Of a stretch of 64,000 nucleotides of DNA, positions 37,717 through 50,586 are shown one piece after another. The notes under the pieces are model-generated. The model was not told the DNA's origin. It saw nothing but the letters and a program-made list of their open reading frames with translations, and did no database searches. This stretch comes from Octopus bimaculoides (lineage: Eukaryota), in contig NC_068994.1 of NCBI RefSeq assembly GCF_001194135.2, positions 44,471,759-44,535,758 of the forward strand, read 5' to 3'. Position 1 is the first letter of the stretch. Each line of letters starts with the position of its first letter. The translations under genes were made by a program, and so were the position numbers.

Positions 37717-38190
37717 AACAGAGTTATTCATGAAAGATTATCAATCCAGGCAAAATACTTTATAAGTAGTCTCTATTAGTACACCAGACTAACAATATTG
37801 CTTAGATTAGTAAAGAACTCAGCATGTTCTTGTAGCAGGGTCTGATGTTATACTTCCACCGTTCTATATTGTAAATCAATGGTTGAGTCCTAGTTATACT
37901 GGTTTTCACACAGAGTGATATCCAACACAAAGAATGAATAATGGTTGTTACATATTTTTCTTCATTGTTGTAAATTTGACTTACAGCTGTTTCCAGTAGT
38001 TATTACAAGTAAACTTATCAATAACAAATCTATAACTCCTGGAAACAGTTGCAAGTAAACCAATCAATAGGTGAGTAGACACTTATTGATCAATAGCGAA
38101 CCTATAATGATTACTGGAAACAGCTGTAAGTCAAATTTACTACAATAAAAGAGAATATTTAACGACCATTATTTATGCCTTGTCTTTGTG
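37717..38190. repeat. Repeat with an internal fold-back; second copy at 57345-57905
   Basis: Perfect 28-bp inverted pair 37971-37998 / 38112-38139 within longer imperfect arms; the upstream about 200 bp is also shared with the second copy. Confidence 0.8.
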
Positions 38191-38223
38191 NNNNNNNNNN
38201 NNNNNNNNNNNNNNNNNNNNNNN

Positions 38224-38258
<35 letters not shown>

Positions 38259-38393
38259 TATGTATGTACATCTTTTATCTTTAACTTGTTTCAGTCATCA
38301 GACTCCACCCATGCTGGGGCACCATCTTGAATTTTTAGTCAAATGAATCAACCCCTGTGCTTCTTTTTTTAAATCTGTTACTTATTCTATAAG

Positions 38394-38440
<47 letters not shown>

Positions 38441-40619
38441 TAGAGAAAGAGAGAGAANNNNNNNNNNNNNNNNNNNNNNNNNNNNNNNNNNNNNNNNNNN
38501 NNNNNNNNNNNNNNNNNNNNNNNNNNNNNNNNNNNNNNNNNNNNNNNNNNNNNNNNNNNNNNNNNNNNNNNNNNNNNNNNNNNNNNNNNNNNNNNNNNNN
38601 NNNNNNNNNNNNNNNNNNNNNNNNNNNNNNNNNNNNNNNNNNNNNNNNNNNNNNNNNNNNNNNNNNNNNNNNNNNNNNNNNNNNNNNNNNNNNNNNNNNN
38701 NNNNNNNNNNNNNNNNNNNNNNNNNNNNNNNNNNNNNNNNNNNNNNNNNNNNNNNNNNNNNNNNNNNNNNNNNNNNNNNNNNNNNNNNNNNNNNNNNNNN
38801 NNNNNNNNNNNNNNNNNNNNNNNNNNNNNNNNNNNNNNNNNNNNNNNNNNNNNNNNNNNNNNNNNNNNNNNNNNNNNNNNNNNNNNNNNNNNNNNNNNNN
38901 NNNNNNNNNNNNNNNNNNNNNNNNNNNNNNNNNNNNNNNNNNNNNNNNNNNNNNNNNNNNNNNNNNNNNNNNNNNNNNNNNNNNNNNNNNNNNNNNNNNN
39001 NNNNNNNNNNNNNNNNNNNNNNNNNNNNTGTGTGTGTGTGTGTGTTATAATAGCTGTATCAGACTTATACTCAGCTATCAGTACATCCTCCCCACTCACT
39101 AGCTATGCTAATTTCGCTAAGATATCAAAGGCAACAAAAAAAACTCACTAAAGATATAAACAACCTACAGAAAGATATATAAACACCACAAACAGGTGAG
39201 CAGAAGAAAACAACATGAAATGTAATGCAAAAGCCTTTCGGCCACTTCACTTCCAGACTTGCACCACAGTATAACCTAGATTTATATAAATCATGCACTA
39301 GGTAGGTATTGTTATGAGTAATGAAATATCATTCTACACACATATAAAGAATTGTAAAAGCTAGCAGGACACAGATGGGGGTTGGTAGTAAGAATGTTTA
39401 AACTGAGAGCCTGGGTGGTAATACTTGTTCTGTGAAGAATTTTTTNNNNNNNNNNTTTTTTTTTTTTTTCTAGATATCTATAATTACTCTTCTCAGTCTT
39501 AATGACTTCATAGGATTCGTCGATAGTTTTTTTTTTTTGTTTTTTTTTGTTTTTTGTTTTTTGTAATCCATGTTTTCTCTACTTTAGATTGAATCCATGC
39601 ACAAATAAGCTATTGAGGTTGGCAGGTTTGGGACTATACACCCTGGAATGTGAGAATGAAGAACAAAACAATATGGTGACGTTAGCAACAGAGAAATCAT
39701 AAAGGAACTAGCATTAAGCTTTGGCATTCAGAGTTATAAAGACCCCTAAACAATTCTGTCTTCTCTCTATTGATTTCTGTTTTCTTATAAAATCTCCAAA
39801 AGTTGTGCCTTCTCCCAATTAAATAAAAACAAGGTATTGTAGGAATGTGGGTTTCAATTGGCAATAGGTCTTCGATGTTCAATCCAAAATATAAGTGATA
39901 TACACAGGACCATTTTACCAGAATTATTGGCCCCTAGGCAAAGAAATGCAGAGAGGCCCTCTTCATACATAGGAGTAAAGGAGTAAAGACACCCTTCGGT
40001 CATGAATGACTATGAGATTGCACCTAGAAGCTTACCCTCCCAGGCATAAGTCCAGCAAGATTGTTGGTGGAAGACCAGCAGTCGCTCATGCATACCANNN
40101 NNNNNNNNNNNNNNNNNNNNNNNNNNNNNNNNNNNNNNNNNNNNNNNNNNNNNNNNNNNNNNNNNNNNNNNNNNNNNNNNNNNNNNNNNNNNNNNNNNNN
40201 NNNNNNNNNNNNNNNNNNNNNNNNNNNNNNNNNNNNNNNNNNNNNNNNNNNNNNNNNNNNNNNNNNNNNNNNNNNNNNNNNNNNNNNNNNNNNNNNNNNN
40301 NNNNNNNNNNNNNNNNNNNNNNNNNNNNNNNNNNNNNNNNNNNNNNNNNNNNNNNNNNNNNNNNNNNNNNNNNNNNNNNNNNNNNNNNNNNNNNNNNNNN
40401 NNNNNAGGGATTAATCCTAAAAGATTAAAATTAATAATTATTAAAAATAATGATGAGATGATTAGTGAAAATCCTCCTAAATTATTTCTAAAAGATCGAA
40501 TAATTTGAATATTAATAATTTGTTTTGGAATTATAAAAGAAGAATTGAAAAATGAAGGATGTAGATGTCAATAATTTCATAGATCACTTGGAAATCTTAT
40601 AGAACACAATCCCTTATGA

Positions 40620-41260
40620 AATCACATTGCAACAGAAGACAGCATGGTGAAGTTATGTGCAGTTTTCATGAAAGCAGATTTGGCAATTACAAGTTCCAGG
40701 TAAGTAAGGAGAAGCCCTTCCATGCACTGTTGGGAGAATTGGTTTCAATAGTCCTGGAGTTCACTGAAGCAGACCAAGGAGGTGAGGTTCATCCAGTCCC
40801 TATACTTGAAGGAGTGTATGTTTTTTGTATGTATCTTCCCTTAAAGCAATTGATTTCCATGCCCATAAAGTGTCTCACAATACCATCAGATGTTGTGAGG
40901 GTTGCTCTATACACCACAGTATTTGAGAGGATGTATGTTCCCAATGGGCAGCTGGTAGAATTTCAGTAGTTACCAGTGAGAGTATAGGGTGAAGACTATG
41001 AGGGTATTTCTTTAGTAGCATGCAATGCTGGAAGCAATATTATTTGAGTATGAATAGTTTGCCTTGATGCTCTGAAAGTTAAATAGTTTATGAGAGGCAT
41101 GGCTCCTTGGGAAATGCTTTTTAATTAGCATCAGGAAGCTCATAAATTGCATTACTGGAAACATCTAAATCACATGTAGGATTAAACCAGATTTTGTTTC
41201 TCTTTCCAATTCTCTTTGGATTTCAAAATAGGAGTGGGGATTCCTTTATATACACTAACT
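40620..41260 (-). mobile_element. Decayed Penelope-like element ORF (linker plus GIY-YIG endonuclease)
   Basis: Minus frames give KRNKIWFNP..DVSSN..FLMLIKKHFPRSHASHKLFN..IKANYS, then SCPLGTYILSNTVVYRATLTT..HFMGMEINCFKGRY, then RASPYLPGTCNCQICFHEN. These match the PLE motifs IWFNPP, HFP..HKIFN, CPL..C..VVY..YIG..FK.RY and C..C..EK. Confidence 0.75.
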
Positions 41261-43005
41261 TATAAGTAAAGCCACTCCTCACAAGTGCCTCATATATGGG
41301 GTGTGGTCCTTGTGCACAGGCAGGGTAGAAGACAAGTAATAACTTACTAAGTTTTCAGTTATTCTATGGTATGTTAGTCAAGGGAGAATTTGTACATGGG
41401 TGTATTTATTGATATGCATGCAAAGGTGCACCGATGAACATGTGTGTAATGCATATGTATGTGCACCTATATATGATGTATGTGGATGCTTAGGCTTAGC
41501 AAAGTATGCATGAGTGGGAGTATGCAGCAGTATGTGGAATGGTTAATGCAAGTGAGTGATAAGATGAAAGGTTGGATGGTACACTACTTGTCACTCACAA
41601 CAGACTACAGACATTCTTACAAACCTGCTTTATTTGTCTACCAGAGAGCTGTTTATTTGAAGCTGATATTATATGCCTGTCAAAGAACTGACCACTAATG
41701 CTTCCTCTGATTTGTAGCTGTGGCTGTTCCTACCATAGTTGATATTCTTGCTAATATTATTGTCATAGTTGTTGCTACTGTGGTTGGTATTGTTATTGGA
41801 GTTGCTGTTTTTGTTGTTAGTGTCCTCATCATTGAATCTAAAGAAATCTGGAGCTATCTCTTTTCCTTCCCTTCTCTCTATTTTGTGTATATATANNNNN
41901 NNNNNNNNNNNNNNNNNNNNNNNNNNNNNNNNNNNNNNNNNNNNNNNNNNNNNNNNNNNNNNNNNNNNNNNNNNNNNNNNNNNNNNNNNNNNNNNNNNNN
42001 NNNNNNNNNNNNNNNNNNNNNNNNNNNNNNNNNNNNNNNNNNNNNNNNNNNNNNNNNNNNNNNNNNNNNNNNNNNNNNNNNNNNNNNNNNNNNNNNNNNN
42101 NNNNNNNNNNNNNNNNNNNNNNNNNNNNNNNNNNNNNNNNNNNNNNNNNNNNNNNNNNNNNNNNNNNNNNNNNNNNNNNNNNNNNNNNNNNNNNNNNNNN
42201 NNNNNNNNNNNNNNNNNNNNNNNNNNNNNNNNNNNNNNNNNNNNNNNNNNNNNNNNNNNNNNNNNNNNNNNNNNNNNNNNNNNNNNNNNNNNNNNNNNNN
42301 NNNNNNNNNNNNNNNNNNNNNNNNNNNNNNNNNNNNNNNNNNNNNNNNNNNNNNNNNNNNNNNNNNNNNNNNNNNNNNNNNNNNNNNNNTATATGTATAT
42401 ATATATATGTAAGATTATATAACTTCAGCAAACAGTTGTGTAATCCTGTCAGTTGATTTACTGAAATGTGTGTATGTTTTATACAGCTTAAAATACCAAA
42501 TGTGTTTTCTGTATTTTATTAATACTCTGTGTGTGTGTGCATGTGGGTGTGAGTGCGCATCTATGTATGTATATGTGTATGTCTATGTGTGTCTGTGTGT
42601 GTGTGCATGTGTGTCCATGTATACAATTCCAATCCTGACAAAAAAAAAACAAATATGGTTTAATAAAATGACACAACATATTACCGGTACTCATTTCATC
42701 AAACTTGGAGAGTAAGGTAAATGAAGGCTCACGAGCAAACCTAAATACTTCTTTGCACTTTAAAAACATAAAAATAAAAGCATCAGTTTCCGAAGGTTAA
42801 CGATCAGCAAAGTATTTAATTGCAGACAGATAGCATAAAATCTCGTTCAGAACTCAGTAAGACTCTAACAGCCGACCACTCACTAATCCACAAAAGATAC
42901 TCCAAGTACTTCAGTTACAGTAACAATTTTCACAGACATGTAAGCTGTATGCATGTATGTATGTATGCATATATGTATATATGCATATATGTATATATGC
43001 ATATA

Positions 43006-43047
<42 letters not shown>

Positions 43048-43116
43048 TATACATGTATGTATATATACACACATTCATACATATGTATGTGTATATAAGT
43101 ATATAGATATATATCC

Positions 43117-43164
<48 letters not shown>

Positions 43165-43571
43165 NNNNNNNNNNNNNNNNNNNNNNNNNNNNNNNNNNNN
43201 NNNNNNNNNNNNNNNNNNNNNNNNNNNNNNNNNNNNNNNNNNNNNNNNNNNNNNNNNNNNNNNNNNNNNNNNNNNNNNNNNNNNNNNNNNNNNNNNNNNN
43301 NNNNNNNNNNNNNNNNNNNNNNNNNNNNNNNNNNNNNNNNNNNNNNNNNNNNNNNNNNNNNNNNNNNNNNNNNNNNNNNNNNNNNNNNNNNNNNNNNNNN
43401 NNNNNNNNNNNNNNNNNNNNNNNNNNNNNNNNNNNNNNNNNNNNNNNNNNNNNNNNNNNNNNNNNNNNNNNNNNNNNNNNNNNNNNNNNNNNNNNNNNNN
43501 NNNNNNNNNNNNNNNNNNNNNNNNNNNNNNNNNNNNNNNNNNNNNNNNNNNNNNNNNNNNNNNNNNNNNNN

Positions 43572-43611
<40 letters not shown>

Positions 43612-43887
43612 GAGAAATATGCGTACCCACTGGTAAATTTCTCATCTATAAATTAATGGTTTATTCTACTTAAGATCGCAAAGCAATTTTTTGCAGAGCA
43701 TAAAATCTCGATGTATAGGATTATCCAACATTTTTTGTATATTTTCTTGCTTGCTTTCGTACCTGTGGTTGAATATATAGAAAAAATGTAGAGTGTGTTG
43801 TAGGTATTTGACACCTATTTCTAGCATTGGCATTAGTCATTTCCAGTAGCCCTTAAAAGTAATTATATCTTTATAATTATATATATG

Positions 43888-43957
<70 letters not shown>

Positions 43958-44407
43958 GCGTGTGTGCATGTGTAACCCACCATTCAATCCTGGTGGATTT
44001 AATCAACACAGAGCTCAAGCAGGAAATTCTCTGATATTCATATGTCAGGCAGACTGGTAGGCAGTCGGGCTTAGCTTTGTGGGGTAGGGCTAGTTGAATG
44101 ATTCTAATTTGAGCATCATCTTTCATAACAAATTCTTATCTATATCACTTGCCCCTGATAAGCCACCAGCACAGTAGGTGTACTCTTGCATGTACACACA
44201 CACACACACACACACACAATTCATGTGTATGTGCGTGTGTGTGTATGTATGTATGTATGTATGTATGTATCTGTGTGCATGTCTGTACATGAATGCATAC
44301 ATGTGTACATTTATGTGCATGTTTGTGTGTATGTGTTTGTGTGTAGTGAGTGTATGTAGGTAAATAGATAAATAGATAAGGGAGGTTGAATATATATTAA
44401 ATATATA

Positions 44408-44461
<54 letters not shown>

Positions 44462-44921
44462 NNNNNNNNNNNNNNNNNNNNNNNNNNNNNNNNNNNNNNN
44501 NNNNNNNNNNNNNNNNNNNNNNNNNNNNNNNNNNNNNNNNNNNNNNNNNNNNNNNNNNNNNNNNNNNNNNNNNNNNNNNNNNNNNNNNNNNNNNNNNNNN
44601 NNNNNNNNNNNNNNNNNNNNNNNNNNNNNNNNNNNNNNNNNNNNNNNNNNNNNNNNNNNNNNNNNNNNNNNNNNNNNNNNNNNNNNNNNNNNNNNNNNNN
44701 NNNNNNNNNNNNNNNNNNNNNNNNNNNNNNNNNNNNNNNNNNNNNNNNNNNNNNNNNNNNNNNNNNNNNNNNNNNNNNNNNNNNNNNNNNNNNNNNNNNN
44801 NNNNNNNNNNNNNNNNNNNNNNNNNNNNNNNNNNNNNNNNNNNNNNNNNNNNNNNNNNNNNNNNNNNNNNNNNNNNNNNNNNNNNNNNNNNNNNNNNNNN
44901 NNNNNNNNNNNNNNNNNNNNN

Positions 44922-45335
<414 letters not shown>

Positions 45336-45526
45336 AAATACAATTTCCATTTTGATTTCGATCCTGATTTGCTTTTGATGTTTGATTTTTGATGTTACTT
45401 AACTCAATAGGTCTTCTCAAGTGCAGCATATTGCCTGGTGATTCAAGGGTATTTTTAAAATGGACTGGTTATGCAACACTGGTATAGGCTCTTTAATGCA
45501 TCATTCTTCAAAACATATAGAATATA

Positions 45527-45653
45527 CAGGGTGTCCACAAAATCTGGGTACATGGGGATTAACACATACTTTAAGAAATTATTATTTCTTATATTTAATT
45601 GTTTATGTTATGATTTTATTTACTCCATGTACCCAGACCTTGTGAACACCCTG
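45527..45653. mobile_element. 127-bp Tc1/mariner MITE
   Basis: 29-bp TIRs CAGGGTGTCCACAAAATCTGGGTACATGG / CCATGTACCCAGACCTTGTGAACACCCTG (26/29); TA on both sides. Confidence 0.85.
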
Positions 45654-45719
45654 TATAGTACAAAGGATTTTTTACATTTTGCATTAATGCAGACATGTAA
45701 GTAATTTATTTATTAAATA

Positions 45720-45970
45720 TTGGATCATTCCACAAATAATGCAGTTTTTTTAATACTTCTTTTATTTTTCAAAATTAAGATAAAGTTATTTTTTTAATCT
45801 AAAATATACTCTCCTTCAATTTCCACAATGCTCTTCCATCTATCTGATAGACTTGCAAGGCCCCTTTTCCAAAATTCACTTGTCCATGACAAAAAATACT
45901 ACTCTAGTTCTGTTCTGACCTCGTCTACAGAATTCATATTTTTCCCGTTCAAATGATTTTGAAGATCTTT
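45720..45970 (-). mobile_element. Mariner transposase C-terminal relic
   Basis: Minus strand LQNHLNGKNMNSVDEVRTELE*YF..SEFWKRGLASLSDRWKSIVEIEGEYILD*, stop at 45794-45796. Confidence 0.75.
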
Positions 45971-47404
45971 GTTGCCTTTATTGAACTCATAAAAGCAAAA
46001 CATGCCAAATATGTGCTTTTGTCACTTCCATTATAGCTTTGAAAAAATAACTGTTAAAAATCGAACTGCACTCTTCAAAACTTGCACTTAGAATAAATAT
46101 AAGATAAAATTACTATCTGCTTTTAAGTAAGTTGATGTGGGTAGTTTATCCCATTCCCCTCTGACTTTTAGTTCTTGAAATTGAAAAAGCCACATTATTT
46201 ATGAGATGACCCAATATAACAATACAAATTATTTACATGTTTTTAAGTCATGAAATTAGAATTTTCTTATTGTTAAATAAAATTTAATCAAAGTATTTCT
46301 CTATTATTTATGAATTTATATATATATGTATATATATGTATGTATGTACGTATGTATGTATGTATGTATTNNNNNNNNNNNNNNNNNNNNNNNNNNNNNN
46401 NNNNNNNNNNNNNNNNNNNNNNNNNNNNNNNNNNNNNNNNNNNNNNNNNNNNNNNNNNNNNNNNNNNNNNNNNNNNNNNNNNNNNNNNNNNNNNNNNNNN
46501 NNNNNNNNNNNNNNNNNNNNNNNNNNNNNNNNNNNNNNNNNNNNNNNNNNNNNNNNNNNNNNNNNNNNNNNNNNNNNNNNNNNNNNNNNNNNNNNNNNNN
46601 NNNNNNNNNNNNNNNNNNNNNNNNNNNNNNNNNNNNNNNNNNNNNNNNNNNNNNNNNNNNNNNNNNNNNNNNNNNNNNNNNNNNNNNNNNNNNNNNNNNN
46701 NNNNNNNNNNNNNNNNNNNNNNNNNNNNNNNNNNNNNNNNNNNNNNNNNNNNNNNNNNNNNNNNNNNNNNNNNNNNNNNNNNNNNNNTATATATATATAT
46801 ATATATATATATTCATGTATTTTTTACCAGGCATGAATTTGCATCTTTCCAGTTTTCCTTTTTGGTCTTACTGATATGTGTATAATCATTCTTGTACCTC
46901 TCTTATGATTCTTTCTGTTTGTCTTCAGCTGTATGACAGCATCCTACATTTTATTTTAAAAGTGGGTCTGTTTAGAAACCCAGATTTGTGTCTGGAGCAA
47001 AATACACAACTTTACTTTAATAGGTATAACAAATATTTATTTTTGTGTATTTTTTCCATCTTACCATATTTATATTTCAATGTATTTATTATCTCTCTAA
47101 ACATGAATTCATTTACGTATTTGTTTAGGCTTCTGCTAAAAAGCTTTACACGAAAAAAAATATTTTGTTATAGTTACGAAATATTTATTTGTATGGTGTG
47201 TGTGTGTGCAAGCATGGTTGTGTGATTAGGGAGTTTGCTTCACAACAGCAAGTCCTAGGTTTCACAAAAGCAAGTAGTACGGTTTAGGGTTCAGTCCCAC
47301 TCAGTGGGACCTAGGACAAGTGCCTTTTAATGTAATTCAGGACCAACCAATGCCATGTGAGTAAATTTGGAGGAAAATGTATGGAAACCTGTTATATATA
47401 GTAA

Positions 47405-47615
47405 TTTCAAATGTTTGCACAAGGCCAGCAATTTCAGGAGAGGGAGTTAGTTGATTACATCAACCCCAATGCTCAACAGGTACTTATTTTATCAATCTCA
47501 ATTGGATGAAAGGCAAAGTCAACCAGGGTAGAATTTGAACTCAGAACATCAAGACAGACAAAATACTGCAAAGCATTTAGCCTAGCATGCTAACAATTCC
47601 ACCAGCTCACTGCCC
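47405..47615 (-). mobile_element. SINE family B
   Basis: Reverse complement of the family B body (ggatgaaaggcaaagtcaacc...gaatttgaactcagaa). Confidence 0.8.
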
Positions 47616-47868
47616 TCCATGTTGTATATATCATTATATGTGTGCGTTTGTGCGCGCGCGTGTGTGTGTGTGTGTGTTTTCTCTCTTCTTTCCAATTATA
47701 ACCAGGTGGAATGCACTCCTCAATGTGAAAAGCACTCTACAAAAACTGGATGGCATTAGGAAGGGCACCCTGTCATGCTATGTATGTATGTATGTATGTA
47801 TGTGTTTATACATGTAAATAAACACATCCATGTGTGAGTGTGGGTGTGTGTATATATATATATATATA

Positions 47869-47899
<31 letters not shown>

Positions 47900-48074
47900 T
47901 GAAAGCTTATCACAAGCCCCACATGTCAAACTCCATTCATATGGTAATATGGCATTGGTCAATCCAACTCTATAGTAGAAGACACATACCTAAAATTCTG
48001 CATTGTAGTATTGAACCCAGAACCATAGGGCTATGAAACAAACTTCTAAATTGTACAGCCATATCTACATGACA

Positions 48075-49190
48075 CATATATCATCATCATCATCAACATC
48101 ATTCTATTTTTGCTTTTCCATGCTTGCATTAATTGTCTAGCATAATGTCTCACTACTTGGTGCAACCCTTCATCATCTTTTTTGTGAGGTTCAGCCTCCT
48201 GAGATCACTTTTAATCAATTCTTGATATTTCTGCTTTTGCCTTTCACAAATGCAACATGTGTTCCTTCTATTTGGACTGTTTGCCACTTTTTTCCCCACC
48301 TGCCACTCTCCATTCTCATTACATGTCCATACCTGCTCATTCTTCTGTCTTACACACATCATCTTATACCCACTTACCGTAAATCCTCGAGTATAGTCCG
48401 CCCTTGAGAATAATACGCAGAGGATTTTTAGGGGGCTGTACCTCTGAAAAACCTAAACCTTGTGCATAATACGCACCCCTTCTCTAACTTGAGTCAAGGA
48501 GGTCTACATAACATCCTTGGTTTGTAAATGTATATACGATAACGTCCTTTATTATTATTGTATATATAACATAATGCAAACATGTAGCCTTTTTGTGCAC
48601 TTTGTTTGCAGAAAATAAAGAAATAACAGTAATAATGTTGGTGAAAAATAAATATTAAGTAAATTGCCTTTGCATATTTATCACTTAGAAAATTTTGCTT
48701 AGAAGATATTTTTCATTTTTAACCTCGTATATAGTACGCACTAGAAATTTTAACCTTTAAATTTTGGGAAAAAAGTGCGGATTATACTCGAGGATTTACG
48801 GTATATGCACTCTGTTATCCATATGCATTCACATCACAATCCAGATGAATATACTTACCTTATTTCTTTTTCACCAATTTTTCCTCTCGGCTCATTTGTA
48901 TTCCATTGTTCACTCATACTAACAATTCACATCCAGCAAAGCAATCCCACTTCCTTGATTTCCAGCCTTTTCATATCCTCTGCATTCAATACCCATATTT
49001 TCTACTATGCAACCGTGCAATTCATCCACAGGCATCATACAATCTACCCTTCGCTTGGAGGCAATCTCTTGGTTGCTCACAGAAATAATAGTTCCCTAAA
49101 CGTTTTCCATTTTGTTCTTACTCTAACTACTCTGCTTTCAGAACAACTTTCTCCACTGATAATTAGGCCACCTAGATAACACGTTATCTT
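48075..49190 (-). mobile_element. Decayed RTE LINE interrupted by a MITE
   Basis: Minus frame (FGHVMRM-like ...LIKSDLRRLNLT); the LINE sequence reads continuously across 48375/48803 once the MITE is removed. Confidence 0.65.
48377..48801. mobile_element. 425-bp Tc1/mariner-superfamily (Tc2/pogo-like) MITE
   Basis: 25-bp TIRs CCGTAAATCCTCGAGTATAGTCCGC / GCGGATTATACTCGAGGATTTACGG (24/25); TA target duplication at 48375-76 and 48802-03. Confidence 0.9.
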
Positions 49191-50537
49191 CGAGGGAGCC
49201 CCACCAAGCATTTAAAAGAATTTATATCATCGGTGCTCTTACTGCTAACTACTTGTGTATATCTGCTACATCTAAAAATCAGTTTTCACGGTCAGCCAAG
49301 TTGTGATCTTACTGCACCTCATTTGACCCATATTTTGTACACTATAAAGAATTTCTAGTCACTCCTTGCCCACATAACAAAAATTGCCACTACCCAGATG
49401 ACACTGGAGTTTTAACTTCTCACCTGCTAACTAAAACAGTGGTCTTTGCTAGGTTTGCATTGAGGCCTCTTAATTCCAGGCCTCTTAATGCCAGGCCTCA
49501 CTGCCACATTTAGAACTTCTTCTCAAATTCTTTGTGGCATATTAAAGTTACCACAGACAGCTGGTCTTAAACTCCTCTGTTTGGCCTGGAGAACAATAAT
49601 AAACTGGAAGAGACTAAGAAATGAGTCCTGATGGATGTCTATATACATAATTGTAAATTCCTTGCTGGAATCAATTCTAATCCTCTTTGATTACAGCATC
49701 TCTGATTATGGCAATCTTTGATTACAGCATCTCTGTACATGGCTTGCACTTCCATTTTTCTGACCTCTTGTCTCTTGAAACTCATTGGTCAAATGTATCC
49801 TCTGCCCAGGCCCACCCAATTCACTCATCTTTCCTCTTCCTATCACTCATATTGTGTCTTCCTCCAACCACCACCCAATCCTACACTGATCATTAATCCT
49901 AATCCTTTCTCCTCAGGATGATATCCCCGAAGAATTTTTTTCCACCACTTTCTCATTTTTATTTTTTTATTCTTTTTGTCTTGCATGTTATTTTCTTTAC
50001 CTTTTTCTTTTTATTAATTTCTGTTGTTCAAGAAAAACATCAGCTACTTCAATCTTACCAGCCTTAGAAGGGCAGTGAAGGCCATCAACATAACCCATTC
50101 CTACAGACTAAACAATTAAAAGAAAAAAGGGGACTGAGTTTGCATCATAGAAATTTATTCATTCAACTACTTCTATTTCAGTCAAGAATATGTGAGTCTA
50201 GCTGAGGATATCTCTAGATACTCTGGTTTTCTGCCCTTTCAAAGGATGGGAGATAACTGTGTGTCATACTGTGTGTCTATTTAAGTATCTTCAGGTCATC
50301 CATACCTTGTATGGGAACTGTATGGAAGCCTGTCTTGTGGATTGCAACTGTAATTCAAATATCCAGCTTTATTTTGTTATGTCAAGGTCATTCTGCTTGA
50401 GAATTATATTCAGGGAAAACCTTAACATACCTTTAGAATTAGATTAAGGAAATATTCAGCCAAGCATCTTACATGCTAAAACAATGACTCTAAAAGTATA
50501 GTTAATTGGAAAAACAACTATACAATCACAATTGGAA

Positions 50538-50586
<49 letters not shown>

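Noticed and set aside
41720-41895. Hydrophobic TM-like ORF (MAVPTIVDILANIIVIVVATVV...)
   Set aside because: Degenerate (GTT/ATT)n tract on the strand opposite the protocadherin; no cadherin motifs.
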